Source: Octopus vulgaris (Eukaryota). From it: a DNA stretch of 64,000 bases. Under the pieces are notes generated by a model. The model saw nothing but the letters and a program-made list of their open reading frames with translations, had not been told where the DNA came from and searched no databases. Positions 26,004-38,921 of this stretch are shown piece after piece (the stretch's first letter is position 1; each line of letters opens with the position of its first letter). A program made the position numbers and the translations under genes. Where the stretch lies: assembly GCA_951406725.2 (NCBI GenBank), contig OX597814.1, positions 3,906,001 to 3,970,000 on the forward strand. Direction: 5' to 3'.

Positions 26004-26496
26004 GTATATATATATATATATATATATATATTACATTTTATAAAGGGCTTAGTAAAATAAATTACTTTGCCACATACTGAACTCATTAGAAATAGCAGCC
26101 AAAAAAAATTTTTTTAACCATTTCTAATACTTAAAGAAAAATTTCTCTCAGATAGTGTTTACTCAAAATAAATGAATTCGCCTTAAATGGTCCCTTTACA
26201 TACTGAATACTTGGTGAAATTGATTAATAATTAATTAATTTTACCCTCAATTGTTGAAATTATAATTCATTTCTCTCTGTTTATTGCTTCGGTCTTCACC
26301 GATAAAACATACTGAATACTTGGTGAAATTGATTAATAATTAATTAATTTTACCCTCAATTGTTGAAATATATATATATATATATATATATATTACAGAC
26401 CAAGTAGAAAGATATATTTTTCAACGCGTAAGTTCTCTATATGCGTAAGAAAAGCATATAGAGGATAAAATCCTGACAGAGCAGAAAAATTTGTCA

Positions 26497-26570
26497 GCAA
26501 CCAGCCATCAGAATCGAACTCACATCCCTTTAATTTCCGGTCAAAGTGCTCTACCATTAAGCTAAACTGC
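26497..26570 (-). mobile_element. tRNA-derived SINE head or tRNA pseudogene
   Basis: Minus: gcagtttagcttaatggtagagcac...gtgagttcgattct with box A and B; acceptor stem does not pair. Confidence 0.55.
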
Positions 26571-27632
26571 AATTTTAGAACTTATAAACCCATCTAGAAA
26601 AGGTAGATGTAATAAAATTTACGTCATATGTAAACAACCATAAATTTGAAAAATGTATATTTCTACTTATACCACAAATACATTTCAGCGCTTCAAAAAC
26701 AAACTTGTTTGTTTACATATGAAGTAGCATATATATGTATATATAACTAATGTAGGATAAAATTTTTTCGGGAAAAATTTTTTATCAATGGCCAGCATAT
26801 CAAAAAATACCTTTAAAGGTTAAATTTATAAAATAATTTACAAAATAAGGGCAAAAGAAAAATTCTAATGCCAAATATGCCGAAAAAAAGACAAAATTGT
26901 CAATTACCGTTATAATTTATGCGTCTCGAAACAAACCCGAAAAAAATGTTATTCTACATTAGTTATAAATTTAATAGTGTTTACTTCCGGATTCTCTCAC
27001 TCTGTGAAAGTTTCTAGTTCGAATCACACATGTCTCGAGATGTGCCGAAGATTTTCTATTTTGGATATATTTGGGGTACTTAAGTCTGCCCAGGACTTAG
27101 CTCTCTAACTTTATTATTTGTTAGTTCGCTTCTGATATCTGATGACTCAGAAACCGGTTAAACTCATTTGTGAAGAACAATTGCGGTTACATCAATGTGG
27201 ATATCTCAAATTTGTTTCCTTTACATTTCGATATTGAACTTGCTTTTGTGTGGCAACATTTTAGCACAAAATTTAAAACATTCTCCACAAGAAGTAATAT
27301 ACGACAGGCAGACGTTAACATCTTGTCTCGCATTGACATCGTAAAAACAGACATGTTTACTCTAAGCTATGCACTTGTGCGCACGCACATATCTTTACAT
27401 CCGGGAAAGGCAAAACATGTGCACACTCAAGGTTTTTAAGGTTAAAGTGAAAGTTTTAATTGAAGAATTTTAAGCAGTAACGCGCATGAATGCACCCGTG
27501 CTTTGAAAAGGACAAAATTTGCAAACGATGTAAATTATTGAGGACACCATCAACAAAAAACTGAGGGGGACATGTTATATACACACATACACACATACAC
27601 AAACACCCACACACATATCACATATACGTGTG

Positions 27633-27920
27633 GGGAGACGGTGCATGGCTTAGTGGTTAAGGTGTTGCACTCACGACTGCGAGTTCGTGGGTTGGATTAC
27701 CAGACCAGACGTCGCGTTGTGTTCTTGAGCAAAGCACTTCATTTCACGTTGCTCTGCGATCATTTTGACACCTGACATGTGGCACCCAGTTGCACCTGTA
27801 CAGGTAATGTCGATCTGATGGAGGGAGTGAGCTTATGTCTACATGAACATTTGATCACTCTATAAACAAATCATCTGTGTGGTTGTTCGGTAAAACATCG
27901 TCGAACCCTCATACGATGGC
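27633..27920 (+). mobile_element. tRNA-derived SINE (further family, CORE-like)
   Basis: tggcttagtggttaaggtgttg...gttgtgttcttgagcaaagcacttcatttcacgttgctc. Confidence 0.65.
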
Positions 27921-27925
27921 GGAGA

Positions 27926-28228
27926 CCAAGGCCTCTTTCATGGGGCCGAAGAGATGATAGTCCAGTGATGATGATAGTCCAATGACGAGGAAGGGAAAAC
28001 TGTGGTGAAGAAGTGGCTCAAAGAACAGTCAACAGAATTTTTACGCAGCAGAGATACATGCTCTCATTCGAAGGTGGAACATTGCTATTGAGAGAAACGG
28101 TGACTATGTTGAGAAGTAGGGATGTGATCCACAGAGGACCAGCTTCATTTTGATGTATGATACACGTTCCTGTGTTGGTGATTATACTTGTCCTAAACGA
28201 AATGGCATTACTTTTTGACTCACCCTCG
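27926..28228 (+). mobile_element. Half copy of the fold-back mariner MITE (transposase 3' end plus TIR)
   Basis: VVKKWLKEQSTE..IHALIRRWNIAIERNGDYVEK* then ggcattactttttgactcaccctcg|TA; same sequence as the arms of 34756-35310. Confidence 0.8.
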
Positions 28229-28236
28229 TACATATA

Positions 28237-29524
28237 CGAGGGGCGTTCAATAAGTAATGCCCCTGACCCACTTCCTATAGCAGTAGAGCAACGAAACTTG
28301 GCACAGTTATTAGTCTTTTTCTACATAGGAACCACCCAGAGTTACGCATTTCTACTATAGTTTGATGCAGCTCTGGAGACAGTTTTTGTAGAAGACCCCA
28401 GCTTGGTCCAACCTCAACGTGACTTCAGAAATCAAGGCTGCATCATCTGGGAAACGCTTTCCTTTCAAAAACAACTTCATGACTGGGAAGAGGTGAAAAT
28501 CAGAGGGTGCAAGGTCAGGAGAGTAGGCGAAATGGGGTAGGAGTTCATAGCCGCACGGCTGTGCTTCTGATCTGGCGACAAGCGAGTTGTGGACCGGAGC
28601 GTTGTCCTGCAGGAGGAGGATGCCTTTGTTGATCTTGCCCCGCCTCTTGATTTTGATAACTTCTCTTAATTTCCTCAAAAGTGAAGCATAATAGGCTCCT
28701 GTAATTGTGGTACCCTTTGCCAGGAAATCTGTCATCACTACTCCGTCCTGGTCCCAGAAGACTGTGAGCATGACCCTGCCAGCGGAGGGCTGCACCCTTG
28801 CCTTCTTTGGAGGGGGTGAGTCACGGTGCTTCCACTGCATTGACTTGGCTTTGGTCTCTGGATCATCGTGATGGACCCAGGTTTCATCCTGTGTAATCAG
28901 TCTTTTGAAAAATTTTGACTCATCTTCTTGGCACATCTCCAAATTCATCCTCGAGCACTCGACGCGCTCTTGCTTCTGGAAAGACGTGAGCAACCTGGGA
29001 ATCCATCTGGCAGATACCTTTTGCATATGCAAATGGTCATGAATGATAGTTTCCACAGACCCGGTACTAATCTTGACCTCATGGGCTATTTGGCGAATAA
29101 TTATGCGTCGATCTTCCAAAATGGCAGCCTCAACTTGACGGACAGATGCCTCATCAATGGCAGAAGGGGGCGACCAGATCTGGGAGCTGTTTCCACAGAG
29201 TTCCGACCATGTTTGAATTCACGATGCCAGTGTTTTACAAGGTCATATGATGGGGCATCATCACCATAAGTTACTTTCATTTCATCAAAAGTCTCCCGTG
29301 GTGTGCGTCCTTTCAAATACAAAAACCGGATCACTGCTCGACACTCAACAGGCTCCATTTCACACTTGACTCAGTTCAAACACCTGTAAATCAGAAACCA
29401 CAATTAGTTCAGAGCTGTAATTTGTCACTTACTCTATAGAGATATAAATAATTGCACATGCAAAATTTCAGCTAGGTCAAACAACTGCAAATGGGTCAGG
29501 GGCATTACTTATTGAACGTCCCTC

Positions 29525-29525
<1 letters not shown>
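28237..29525 (-). mobile_element. Full-length mariner element (~1.29 kb), irritans-like TIRs
   Basis: TA|cgaggggcgttcaataagtaatgcccctgaccca ... tgggtcaggggcattacttattgaacgtccctcg|TA. Confidence 0.93.
28310..29358 (-). pseudogene. Mariner transposase pseudogene (DD34D)
   Basis: RAVIRFL HTH, RSGRP, VSARWIPRLLT, ITQDETW, QDNAPVH, YSPDLAPSDFHLF; frameshift near 29165 and two stops before KCVTLGGSYVEKD*. Confidence 0.93.
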
Positions 29526-29583
<58 letters not shown>

Positions 29584-29585
29584 AA

Positions 29586-29972
29586 CGTGGCACTCCCTTG
29601 GTTACGATGACGTGAGTTCCAGTTGATCCAATCGACGGGACAGCTTCCCCGTGAAATTAACGTTCAAGTGGCTGAGTATTCCACAGACACGTGTACCCTT
29701 AACGTAGTTCTCGGGGGAGATTCAGCGTGACACAGAGTGTGACAAGGCTGGCCCCTTTGAAATACAGGTACAACAGAAACAGAAAGAAAGAGTGAGAAAG
29801 CTGAGGTGAAAGAATACAGCAGGATTCGTTACCAAACCCTGCCGGAGCCTCATGGAGCTTTAAGTGTTTTCGTTCAATAAATACTCATAGTGCCCGGTCT
29901 GGGAATTGAAACCGCGATCATACGGCCGCAAGTCCGCTACCCTAACCACTAGGCCATTGTGCCTCCACAATG
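29586..29972 (-). mobile_element. tRNA-derived SINE family C, full length
   Basis: Minus: ggaggcacaatggcctagtggttagggtagcggac...ggtttcaattcccagaccggg; tail gtcatcgtaaccaagggagtgccac. Confidence 0.8.
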
Positions 29973-30913
29973 TGCACATACACACACACACACACATATA
30001 TATATATACATACATACATACATGCATAAATACATACATACATACATACATACATACATACATACATACATACATACATACATACAGATACACAAGTACA
30101 GACATATGCCATAATTTGCTGGACCACCAGTTCTGACGCTAGGGTAGTTGGGCAGGTAGTAACGGTCTCTTCAACGAGTTCATGTCTTGTTCTTTTGCAC
30201 TGGTGACCACCGTGGGTTTGCCATTGGAAAGTTTATTAAGGATGGCGAACCTGTTGCGGTTTTTACTGCATCCTGTTTCTACATTTATATATACTCGTAA
30301 ATATGCGTATATTTGGTCCATGTGTGTCTTTGTGTATGCATATGTGTGTATGTGTGTATTTGCGTGTATATATAAATATAAATGCTTGTGGTTGTGTAGT
30401 AAGAAGCTTGCTTCCTAACCACATAGTACCGGGTTCGGCCCCGCTGCGTGGCACATTGAGCAAGTATCTTCTACTATAACCCCGGGCCGACCAAAAGGCG
30501 TGTAAGTGGATTTGGTAGACGGAAACAGAAAGAAACCCGTCATACGAGGAGTAGATAGCCAGCCGATAACTGATGAAGGGTCATTCTTTTGTGTTACTTG
30601 TCCTGTTTTCAATTTTTTTCTCTCGTTGTTTGCGTATTCAATTCACTTGTTTTCGTAATTCATGTTGTTTACAGTTGGTGACATCCTGTACCCATAAATG
30701 CATATATATATAGACATATACATATATGTATATGTCTATATGTACATACATATACATACGTATATATATATATATATATATATATTATATTAAATTAGAG
30801 ATAAAACCACTATTAGGCAAATCATATAATGAAAGACTTAAGCCAATACATAAGATTAATTAATTTATATTATTTAAATATATATCAAAATTATTAAAAA
30901 AGATAATTAGTAT

Positions 30914-30980
30914 AACACTACGATCGTTTCATGGCTGTCCAATTCTTAAAATTTCGAGTTACAGTCATTCTTCAGGTGGT
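30914..30980 (-). ncRNA. Type I hammerhead ribozyme, canonical core
   Basis: Minus: CAC-CTGAAGA-ATGaCTGT..ACAGcCAT-GAAA-CGATCG-TA-GTG. Confidence 0.72.
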
Positions 30981-31005
30981 TTAAATATTTAACTTAGCGA
31001 GATAC

Positions 31006-31091
<86 letters not shown>

Positions 31092-31330
31092 TAACAATTG
31101 AGGATAAAATCTTTAAAAGAAATTATCAGTAGTCAGCGTGAAAAACCTCGTAAGAGAAAAAATCCGTAAATTCTTCCTCTTTGAAAATATTCATTTATAT
31201 TATATTGAGGGTACTACTATTCGTAGATACCAACACGCCAAGAGGGACCAATGCGGTCAAAACTACTAAAAATAAACAAAATTTTACCGAATGCAAAACT
31301 TCAAAACACATCATTTTAAAAAAGAATTCA

Positions 31331-31394
31331 GTTACATATCACATGTGATTTCGCATTTAATGCAGAATATGCATTTCATGTTCGTCAGTGCAAC
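31331..31394 (-). ncRNA. Type I hammerhead ribozyme, canonical core
   Basis: Minus: GTTGCA-CTGACGA-acat gaAATGCA tattc TGCATTaa atgc-GAAA-TCACATGTGA-TA-TGTAAC. Confidence 0.72.
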
Positions 31395-31547
31395 AAACTC
31401 AAGAAATATAGGAAAAACATAGCATTACAAACTCGATAGCCAACCGTAGAATTCGTCGTAGCTTGTACGAATGTTTATTCTTACATATCTATGAAAATGT
31501 ATATATATATACATACGTATATACATATATATATATACACACAAAAA

Positions 31548-31580
<33 letters not shown>

Positions 31581-31585
31581 ATATG

Positions 31586-31629
<44 letters not shown>

Positions 31630-32964
31630 AAGAAATTTTAGTTGAGATGATACTCCATGTATAGAACAACTGATTATTGCGCTCGTCTATAAGCTAAGGA
31701 GTAATAAAAATTTTTATAGAAGATAAAAGCTTCGGTTGTCAGTAATTTACATCCAAATAAACGAAATCATGATTCCAGTGATTTATAAGACAAAATTGGA
31801 CGGGTTACGTTGTTCCATTTATGCATTTTTAGGATCAGTAAACACCTGGATGTATCAGAATAATTCATATAATGAAATAATGAAATTTAAATGAAGCCAG
31901 ACGTTCTATTCGAGTACATGATGATGATAAAGGAGCATAAGAAACGTGCGTGCGTGTGTAGAGACATTTACTGGAGGGAGATAAAAAAATTGTAAAGTTC
32001 TGCAATACGAAATATCATGTAAAGTAAAAATCAGTTGAGAACCTACGGCCGTTTCAGGAAATATTAAAGGGCTGTATATATATATGTGTGTGTTTGTGTG
32101 TGTGTGTGTGTCTTTTTGTCTGTGTTTGTCCCTCTACCATCGCTTGACAACCGATGTTGGTGTGTTTACGTCTCCGAAACTTAGCAGTTCGGCAAAAGAG
32201 GCCGCTATAATAAGTACTACGCTTACAAAGAATAAGTCCTGGGATCGACTGCTTCGACTAAAGGCGGTGCACCAGCAAGGCCGCGGTCAAATGAGTGAAT
32301 CAAGTAAAAGAATAAAAGAATATATACGTATGTCCGTATGTATGTATGGATGGATGGATGGATGGATGGATGGATGGATGGATGTACGTGTATGTATATA
32401 TATTTGTGGGGGTACGTGCGTGTGTGTGTATATACATCCGCACGCAAATAGACAGCTAATGAAGGAGAGGGGGAGAGAGAGAAAACAGGGTCAGCGAAGG
32501 ATGTAAGGGAGATCAATGGAAAGAAGAGAAATGATAAGGAAATAAAAGGTGTGGGGGGGCGGTGGTTGACGGGTTGGAAACTGGGGACCGGGCAGAGGAG
32601 GAAAATTGGAATCCATTGAAGCGTGAAAACGAAAAGGATCATGTTAACTGATCGGGGATTGTAGTTCTGCTGTGATACCCACGCATGCGTAGATACATGT
32701 ATAAATTTGCATGCTATGCATGTGTATGTGTATACATACAAATATGCTTACGCATATATATATATATATATATATATATGCATGCTCATACAATTATGCG
32801 TGTAAGTATGTATGTATATATATATATGCATATACATGCACAAATATACATGTGCGTGTACGTACGCATATTTATATGCATACAAAAAATCATATACGTA
32901 TACAAAACCACGCACATTACATATATATATATATATGTATGTATGCATTTACAGATATACATGC

Positions 32965-33003
<39 letters not shown>

Positions 33004-33012
33004 AACACACAC

Positions 33013-33061
<49 letters not shown>

Positions 33062-33102
33062 TAGGTAGATAGATAGATAGATTGATATATATATATGTGT
33101 GC

Positions 33103-33134
<32 letters not shown>

Positions 33135-33930
33135 GTGTATGTATGTATGTATTTAAAACACGGTCATAAAATGCATTCAAACAACATACCTGAAATTTTG
33201 ATGAGCTAAACAACAGCCAAAATCGGCCCCTGTCTGTAAGAAACTACTTCTCTCTCACAGCAAACCCCCTCAGTATTACGATATGCACAAAATTTTCAAG
33301 TAAATCTGGGAAAATACTTTCTAGAACTAAGCTTTTCAATAATATGATTTTTCCCTCTCTCTCTTTCCTTTCTCTGCTTGTATGAGAGTGTCCTGTGTGT
33401 AGAGATTCCATCACTTTCAAAGGAAACATGGACAAATTTCTTCCAAGATAGTCACCTCTACCTGATCACATCTCAGTCAACAACAATTTCCAACTTGAAT
33501 GGTCCATGGCACCACAAAACTTGCATTTAAAATGACTTAGTGTATATATATATAGTAAATCCTACCCCACAAAAAAAGAAGAAGAAACACAAAAGACACA
33601 AGAACGCGAGGATCAGCAGGCGATTAGGGAAGGAAAGAAAAATGGTTTAACGTTTCGAGCAATGCTCCTCTTCTTCATAAACAGAGGTAAGTTCAATAGA
33701 AAGGAAGACGAAGGAAGAAAATCGCCAACGATTCATATACATATATATATATATATGTCTGTATGTATGTGTGTCTGTACACATATATGTATGTATGCAT
33801 GTATGTATGTCTGAACATGTGTATGTGTGTATGTGTGTGTGTATGCATGTATGTATGTTTGTACATGTGTATGTGTGTATGTGTGTATGTGTGTGTGTGT
33901 ATACACACACACATACACAAACACACATAC

Positions 33931-34753
33931 AGGCAACACTTGTTGAACAGTAAAGAAGGAAACGAGAATATCCCTTACATGAGGAAAAGTGAGAGCAACA
34001 ACATCTTCAGAGATGGAGAAGAGCTTCTGTGCAGGCATTCCGAGAGTACAACCATCTCAAGCGGTCCAAGGGAGGCTGGACTGGCCAACATAAACAGAAG
34101 CTTGCAGGAGAAGCAGGCATCATACCAACAAGAATCAATGCATGGATATATAAACCGGAAGTTAGAGGGCAACAATAGCATTGACAGGAAGAGCAGCCTT
34201 TGCTGGACCCTTGGTAGATACATTACGTCCCACTGACAAAGGATATGCCTTCACTATCCAGGAACAAGAGACAGCTACTAGATTCCTGCTAAACAAAAGG
34301 GATAAAGATACCACCAAACCTCAACGTTGTGATAAAAAATGTCGGCTCTGCTATACCAGTGTGGAAGACATCTCCCACATCCTCAGAGGATGCCCGAAAA
34401 TGTCTGCGGGATTATACCTGCCCCTGAGGCGTGATATGATTGCAAAGATTATTTATACTGTTATCTGCAAGGACTGCCATGATGTATACATCAAAGGCAT
34501 GTTAGAACCAGCAGTTATTCACACCTTTAAAAACAAGGACTATCGATGAAACATCCCAATAAAAACATCAATTTGGTGCACACATAACAGACCCGATATT
34601 GTTCTGTTGTGAGACAGGGGTCAGCTGTCCAGCAGATGTGAATATGCAATCAAAAGTTCAGAAAAAAAGGGAACATTTATGGCAAATTAATGCGGAACTT
34701 ACAGCTCTTGTACTTTGACTATAAATTCTTATTTCTACCGATTATCGAAGGTG
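33931..34753 (+). pseudogene. C-terminal remnant of an RLE-type (R4/Dong-like) non-LTR retrotransposon
   Basis: SMHG, IQEQ, CRLCYTSVEDISHILRGC (CCHC), RRD (RHD-like), HNRPDIV and CPADVN..K..IY endonuclease motifs across frameshifts and stops. Confidence 0.8.
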
Positions 34754-34755
34754 TA

Positions 34756-35310
34756 CGAGGGTGAGTCAAAAAGTAATGCCATTTTGTTTAGGACAGGTAT
34801 AATCACCAACACAGGAACATGTATCATACATCAAAATGAAGCTGGTCTTCTGTGGATCACATCCCTATTTCTCAACATAGTCACCGTTTCTCTCAATAGC
34901 AATGTTCCACCTTCGAATGAGAACATGTATCCCTGCCCCGTAAAATTCTGTTGACTGTTCTTAGAGCCACTTCTTCACTACAGTTTTCACTTCACCGTCA
35001 CTGGATATTTGTATATATACAAATCTCTTCGGCCCCATGCAAGAGGGTTTGAGAGGAAAAACTTTATTCCAGTGACAAGGAACTGTAGTGAAGAGGTGGT
35101 TCAAAGAACAGTCAACAGAATTTTATGGGGCAGGGATACATGTTCTCATTCGAAGGCGGAACATTGCTATGGAGAGAAACGGTGACTATGTTGAGAAGTA
35201 GGGATGTGATCCACAGAGGACCAGCTTCATTTTCATGTATGGTACATATTCCTGTGTTGGTAATTATACCCGTCCTAAACAAACTGGCATTACTTTTTGA
35301 CTCACCCTCG
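34756..35310. mobile_element. Palindromic (fold-back) mariner-derived MITE
   Basis: TA|cgagggtgagtcaaaaagtaatgcc ... ggcattactttttgactcaccctcg; ~230-bp arms both derived from the transposase 3' end. Confidence 0.88.
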
Positions 35311-35312
35311 TC

Positions 35313-35395
<83 letters not shown>

Positions 35396-35992
35396 GATAG
35401 ATAGATGCATAGACAGACAAACAGACAGATGATATTTTGCGGAAGGGCTTTACTGTGGCCTGTCGTTATTCTCCCTTGCCAGCTGGTGGTTTGGTGTTAT
35501 GGACATCGACCAAATGAAATGTTTAAGCAGTTACTTCAGAAGGACAGAGCCAGGGAGATGCAGAGAGCAAGGCGGAGAGGAAGGAGGCGAGAAAGGGAAG
35601 CATTTCGACTGCCAATATTCGATGTTTTATTTTTACTCAATCTATTTTTTGGTTTTTTTGGGGGGTTTTTTTGTGAATATCATCTACCGTAATCATCATC
35701 ATTATCGTCATCATTACCACAATCGTCATCAACATTTCTGTGTCCTCCATTGCGTCTCCCCCCCCCCTCAATCAACTGCTCCCACCACCGACCTTCCTTG
35801 CCTATCATCATCATCATCATCATCATCATCTTTCATCGTCATCATCATCGTTTCTATTGTTATTAATATTATTAGATATTCAATTTTAGATATAGGAAAT
35901 AATTTGCTTGGCAAGTGTACTGACTATACACATATACATATGTGCGTATATATACATGCCTATAGACATATATATATATACAAATATATATA

Positions 35993-36033
<41 letters not shown>

Positions 36034-36301
36034 ATATACATATATATATGCATATATATACATATAAATCTATATATCTATATATATATATATGTATATG
36101 TATTTACATATATATGTATAAATGATGCTATGTAGATGGTGTGATATTAGCCAGAATGTCTAGCCAATTCCAGCGATGTACCCAATTAACAGATTCTCTG
36201 ATGTTCCTTCCCGTTTCCCACACAACAATACATATATATCTACATAAATATTTATACACACATACACACACATATATATGTATGATTGAAGATATATACA
36301 A

Positions 36302-36356
<55 letters not shown>

Positions 36357-36391
36357 AATATATATATGCATGTATATATATATATATATGC

Positions 36392-36430
<39 letters not shown>

Positions 36431-36590
36431 TGTATGTATCTTTAATCATACATGTATATACATATAAGCGTATTATACGCAGTCACATACCACACACACA
36501 TATATCCAATTACAATGTGAGTAATTCAAGATATATGTGTATATGTATGTATATATATATATATGTGTGTGTATATATATATACATATAC

Positions 36591-36665
<75 letters not shown>

Positions 36666-37028
36666 GATACATATATTATATTTGAATGTCTCTATATTGA
36701 TAATCTATTACATATATATATGAGTGTGTGTGTATGTTTGTGTTAAACTCAGAGTTACTGTGAATTGAATCATCGACTTTATACAAAAACGCCGTACTCT
36801 TTTCTCCTTTACAGTTCTTAACACACACAAACACACACACACAAACACACACACACATATGAATATGTTTTACATATAGTGTGGGTTATCAAGGCTACCA
36901 ACGGTTTTAGGTAAGCGGAATCTCTCAATAATTATCAAGGCTGTCATATGGGGACGCTGGTAGTCGTCTTCATTTTGAATATACACATATATGTATCTAT
37001 GTATGTATGAATATATATATATATATAC

Positions 37029-37094
<66 letters not shown>

Positions 37095-37155
37095 ATATAT
37101 GTGTGTGTGTGTATACATATCTATATGTATATATCTATACATGTATATATATGTA

Positions 37156-37229
<74 letters not shown>

Positions 37230-37660
37230 CATACATATACATATAAACATGAGTGTCCAGCTCTATAAGCATTTACACCAATATACACCCACTGCTGTAT
37301 GTATATAGGAACCACAATCGTCCCTATTTTAAATGTTTCCCATTTTACATTAATCGTATTTGCGCCTTGGTGTTGTTGTTGCAGCCATCTTAGTTGTTTG
37401 TTGTTTTTTCGTTTGTATTTTGACATCGTTTCTATATTTGTTGTTATTGTTTATTTATTTCTTCTGTATTTGTTTCCTTTGTAATAGGGGGTGGGGTGGG
37501 GCGGGGCGTGGGGGTGTGTGCTTACAGAAGGGATGGGGTGGGTGTGGCGTGGGTCTGAAATTATTCCTGAAACAAATACAGAAAAAAAACAATAAGACTA
37601 AATCGATGAGATAAAACACAAAAAAGGTAAATACAACAAAATTGTCTTTCGATAATTGAA

Positions 37661-37689
37661 GTAGTAGTAGTAGTAGTAGTAGTAGCAGC

Positions 37690-37766
<77 letters not shown>

Positions 37767-38320
37767 CAGCAGCAACAGCAGCAGTAGTAGTAGTAGTAGT
37801 AGTAGTTGTTGTTGTTGTTGTAGTGGGGGTGTTGTTGGCTATGGTGTAGTTGCAGTAGTGGTGGTGGTGGTGGTGGTGGTGGTGATGGCAATGATGATGG
37901 AGGTGGTGGAGGTGACGATGGTTGTGGGTTGTGGTGGTAATGAAAATGGTTTTGATGGTGGTGGTGGTGATGGTTGTACTGTTGATGGTTGTGGTGGTGG
38001 TGGGGGTGGGGGTGATGGAAATGTGATGCTGGTGGTGTGGTGTTGATAGTGGCAGTGGTGGTGGTGGTGATGGTTTTGGTGGTTCTGGTGGTATCTGCGG
38101 TTCTAGTATCTGAGTTCGTTTTGGTAGCGATGGTGATTTTGTGTTACCATTATTCACTCCCATCCCCACCCCCCACCCCCTCTACACCATTTTCGCTCAT
38201 TTACCATTCCAACCATTCCAATCAGATTTCCTCTTCCAGGTTCTTGTTTCGCAGAGTTTTGCGAGATTTATACGGCTTTGTTTTTGGCGTTCAGGCTGCT
38301 GCTGCTGCTGATGATGATGC

Positions 38321-38379
<59 letters not shown>

Positions 38380-38454
38380 GTGGTGGTGATGATGACGATG
38401 ACGATGATAATGATGATGGTGATGATGATGATCATCATCATTGCGATGATGGTG

Positions 38455-38488
<34 letters not shown>

Positions 38489-38489
38489 C

Positions 38490-38527
<38 letters not shown>

Positions 38528-38696
38528 CGACGACGATGATGATGATGGTGATGATGATGATTGCGATGATGGTGATGATGATGATCATCATCATTATCAT
38601 CATCATGCCCATGATGGTGATCCTAATAGTACCGGTCGAGAGCCTTGGTTGTGGTTGCGGTATTGTTGGAGGTGGTGGTGGTGGTGGTAGTGGTGG

Positions 38697-38727
<31 letters not shown>

Positions 38728-38745
38728 GCTGGTGCTGGTGGCAAT
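37661..38745. repeat. Trinucleotide microsatellite cluster (GTA, GTT, GGT, GAT, GCT)
   Basis: Directly visible. Confidence 0.92.
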
Positions 38746-38874
38746 GATGATGGCTAAATGCTTGTGTGTGTGTGTGTGTGTGTGTGAGTGTGTGCAAGGA
38801 GGAGTGTCTGACTGTTTTGTGGTCAATTCTGTATTTTTGCCATCAAAGCGAAGGGATTGAGGAACGAGAGAGAG

Positions 38875-38921
<47 letters not shown>

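Larger units (their letters stand above)
30385..32320 (+). mobile_element. SINE family A probably split by ~1.5 kb of insertions in its internal microsatellite
   Basis: 5' half 30385-30545, 3' half 32085-32320, same orientation. Confidence 0.6.

Noticed and set aside
26497-26570. Functional tRNA gene
   Set aside because: A and B boxes are present but the cloverleaf acceptor stem does not form; treated as a SINE head.
27290-27480. Faint GIY-YIG-like translation (PGCKDMCVRTSA*LRVNM) on the minus strand
   Set aside because: Key residues are missing and the orientation conflicts with the neighbouring hammerhead-like motif.
33200-33470. CR1/L2-like C-terminal remnant (VRNYFS..., FKGNMDKFL)
   Set aside because: Only two short motifs; too degenerate to call.
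36880-36917. Possible micro-exon ending AG|GTAAGC
   Set aside because: Weak acceptor, no partner exons, no recognisable peptide.
38037-38757. Poly-Asp/His acidic protein ORF
   Set aside because: (GAT)n microsatellite; several frames are open for compositional reasons and no splice donor was found.
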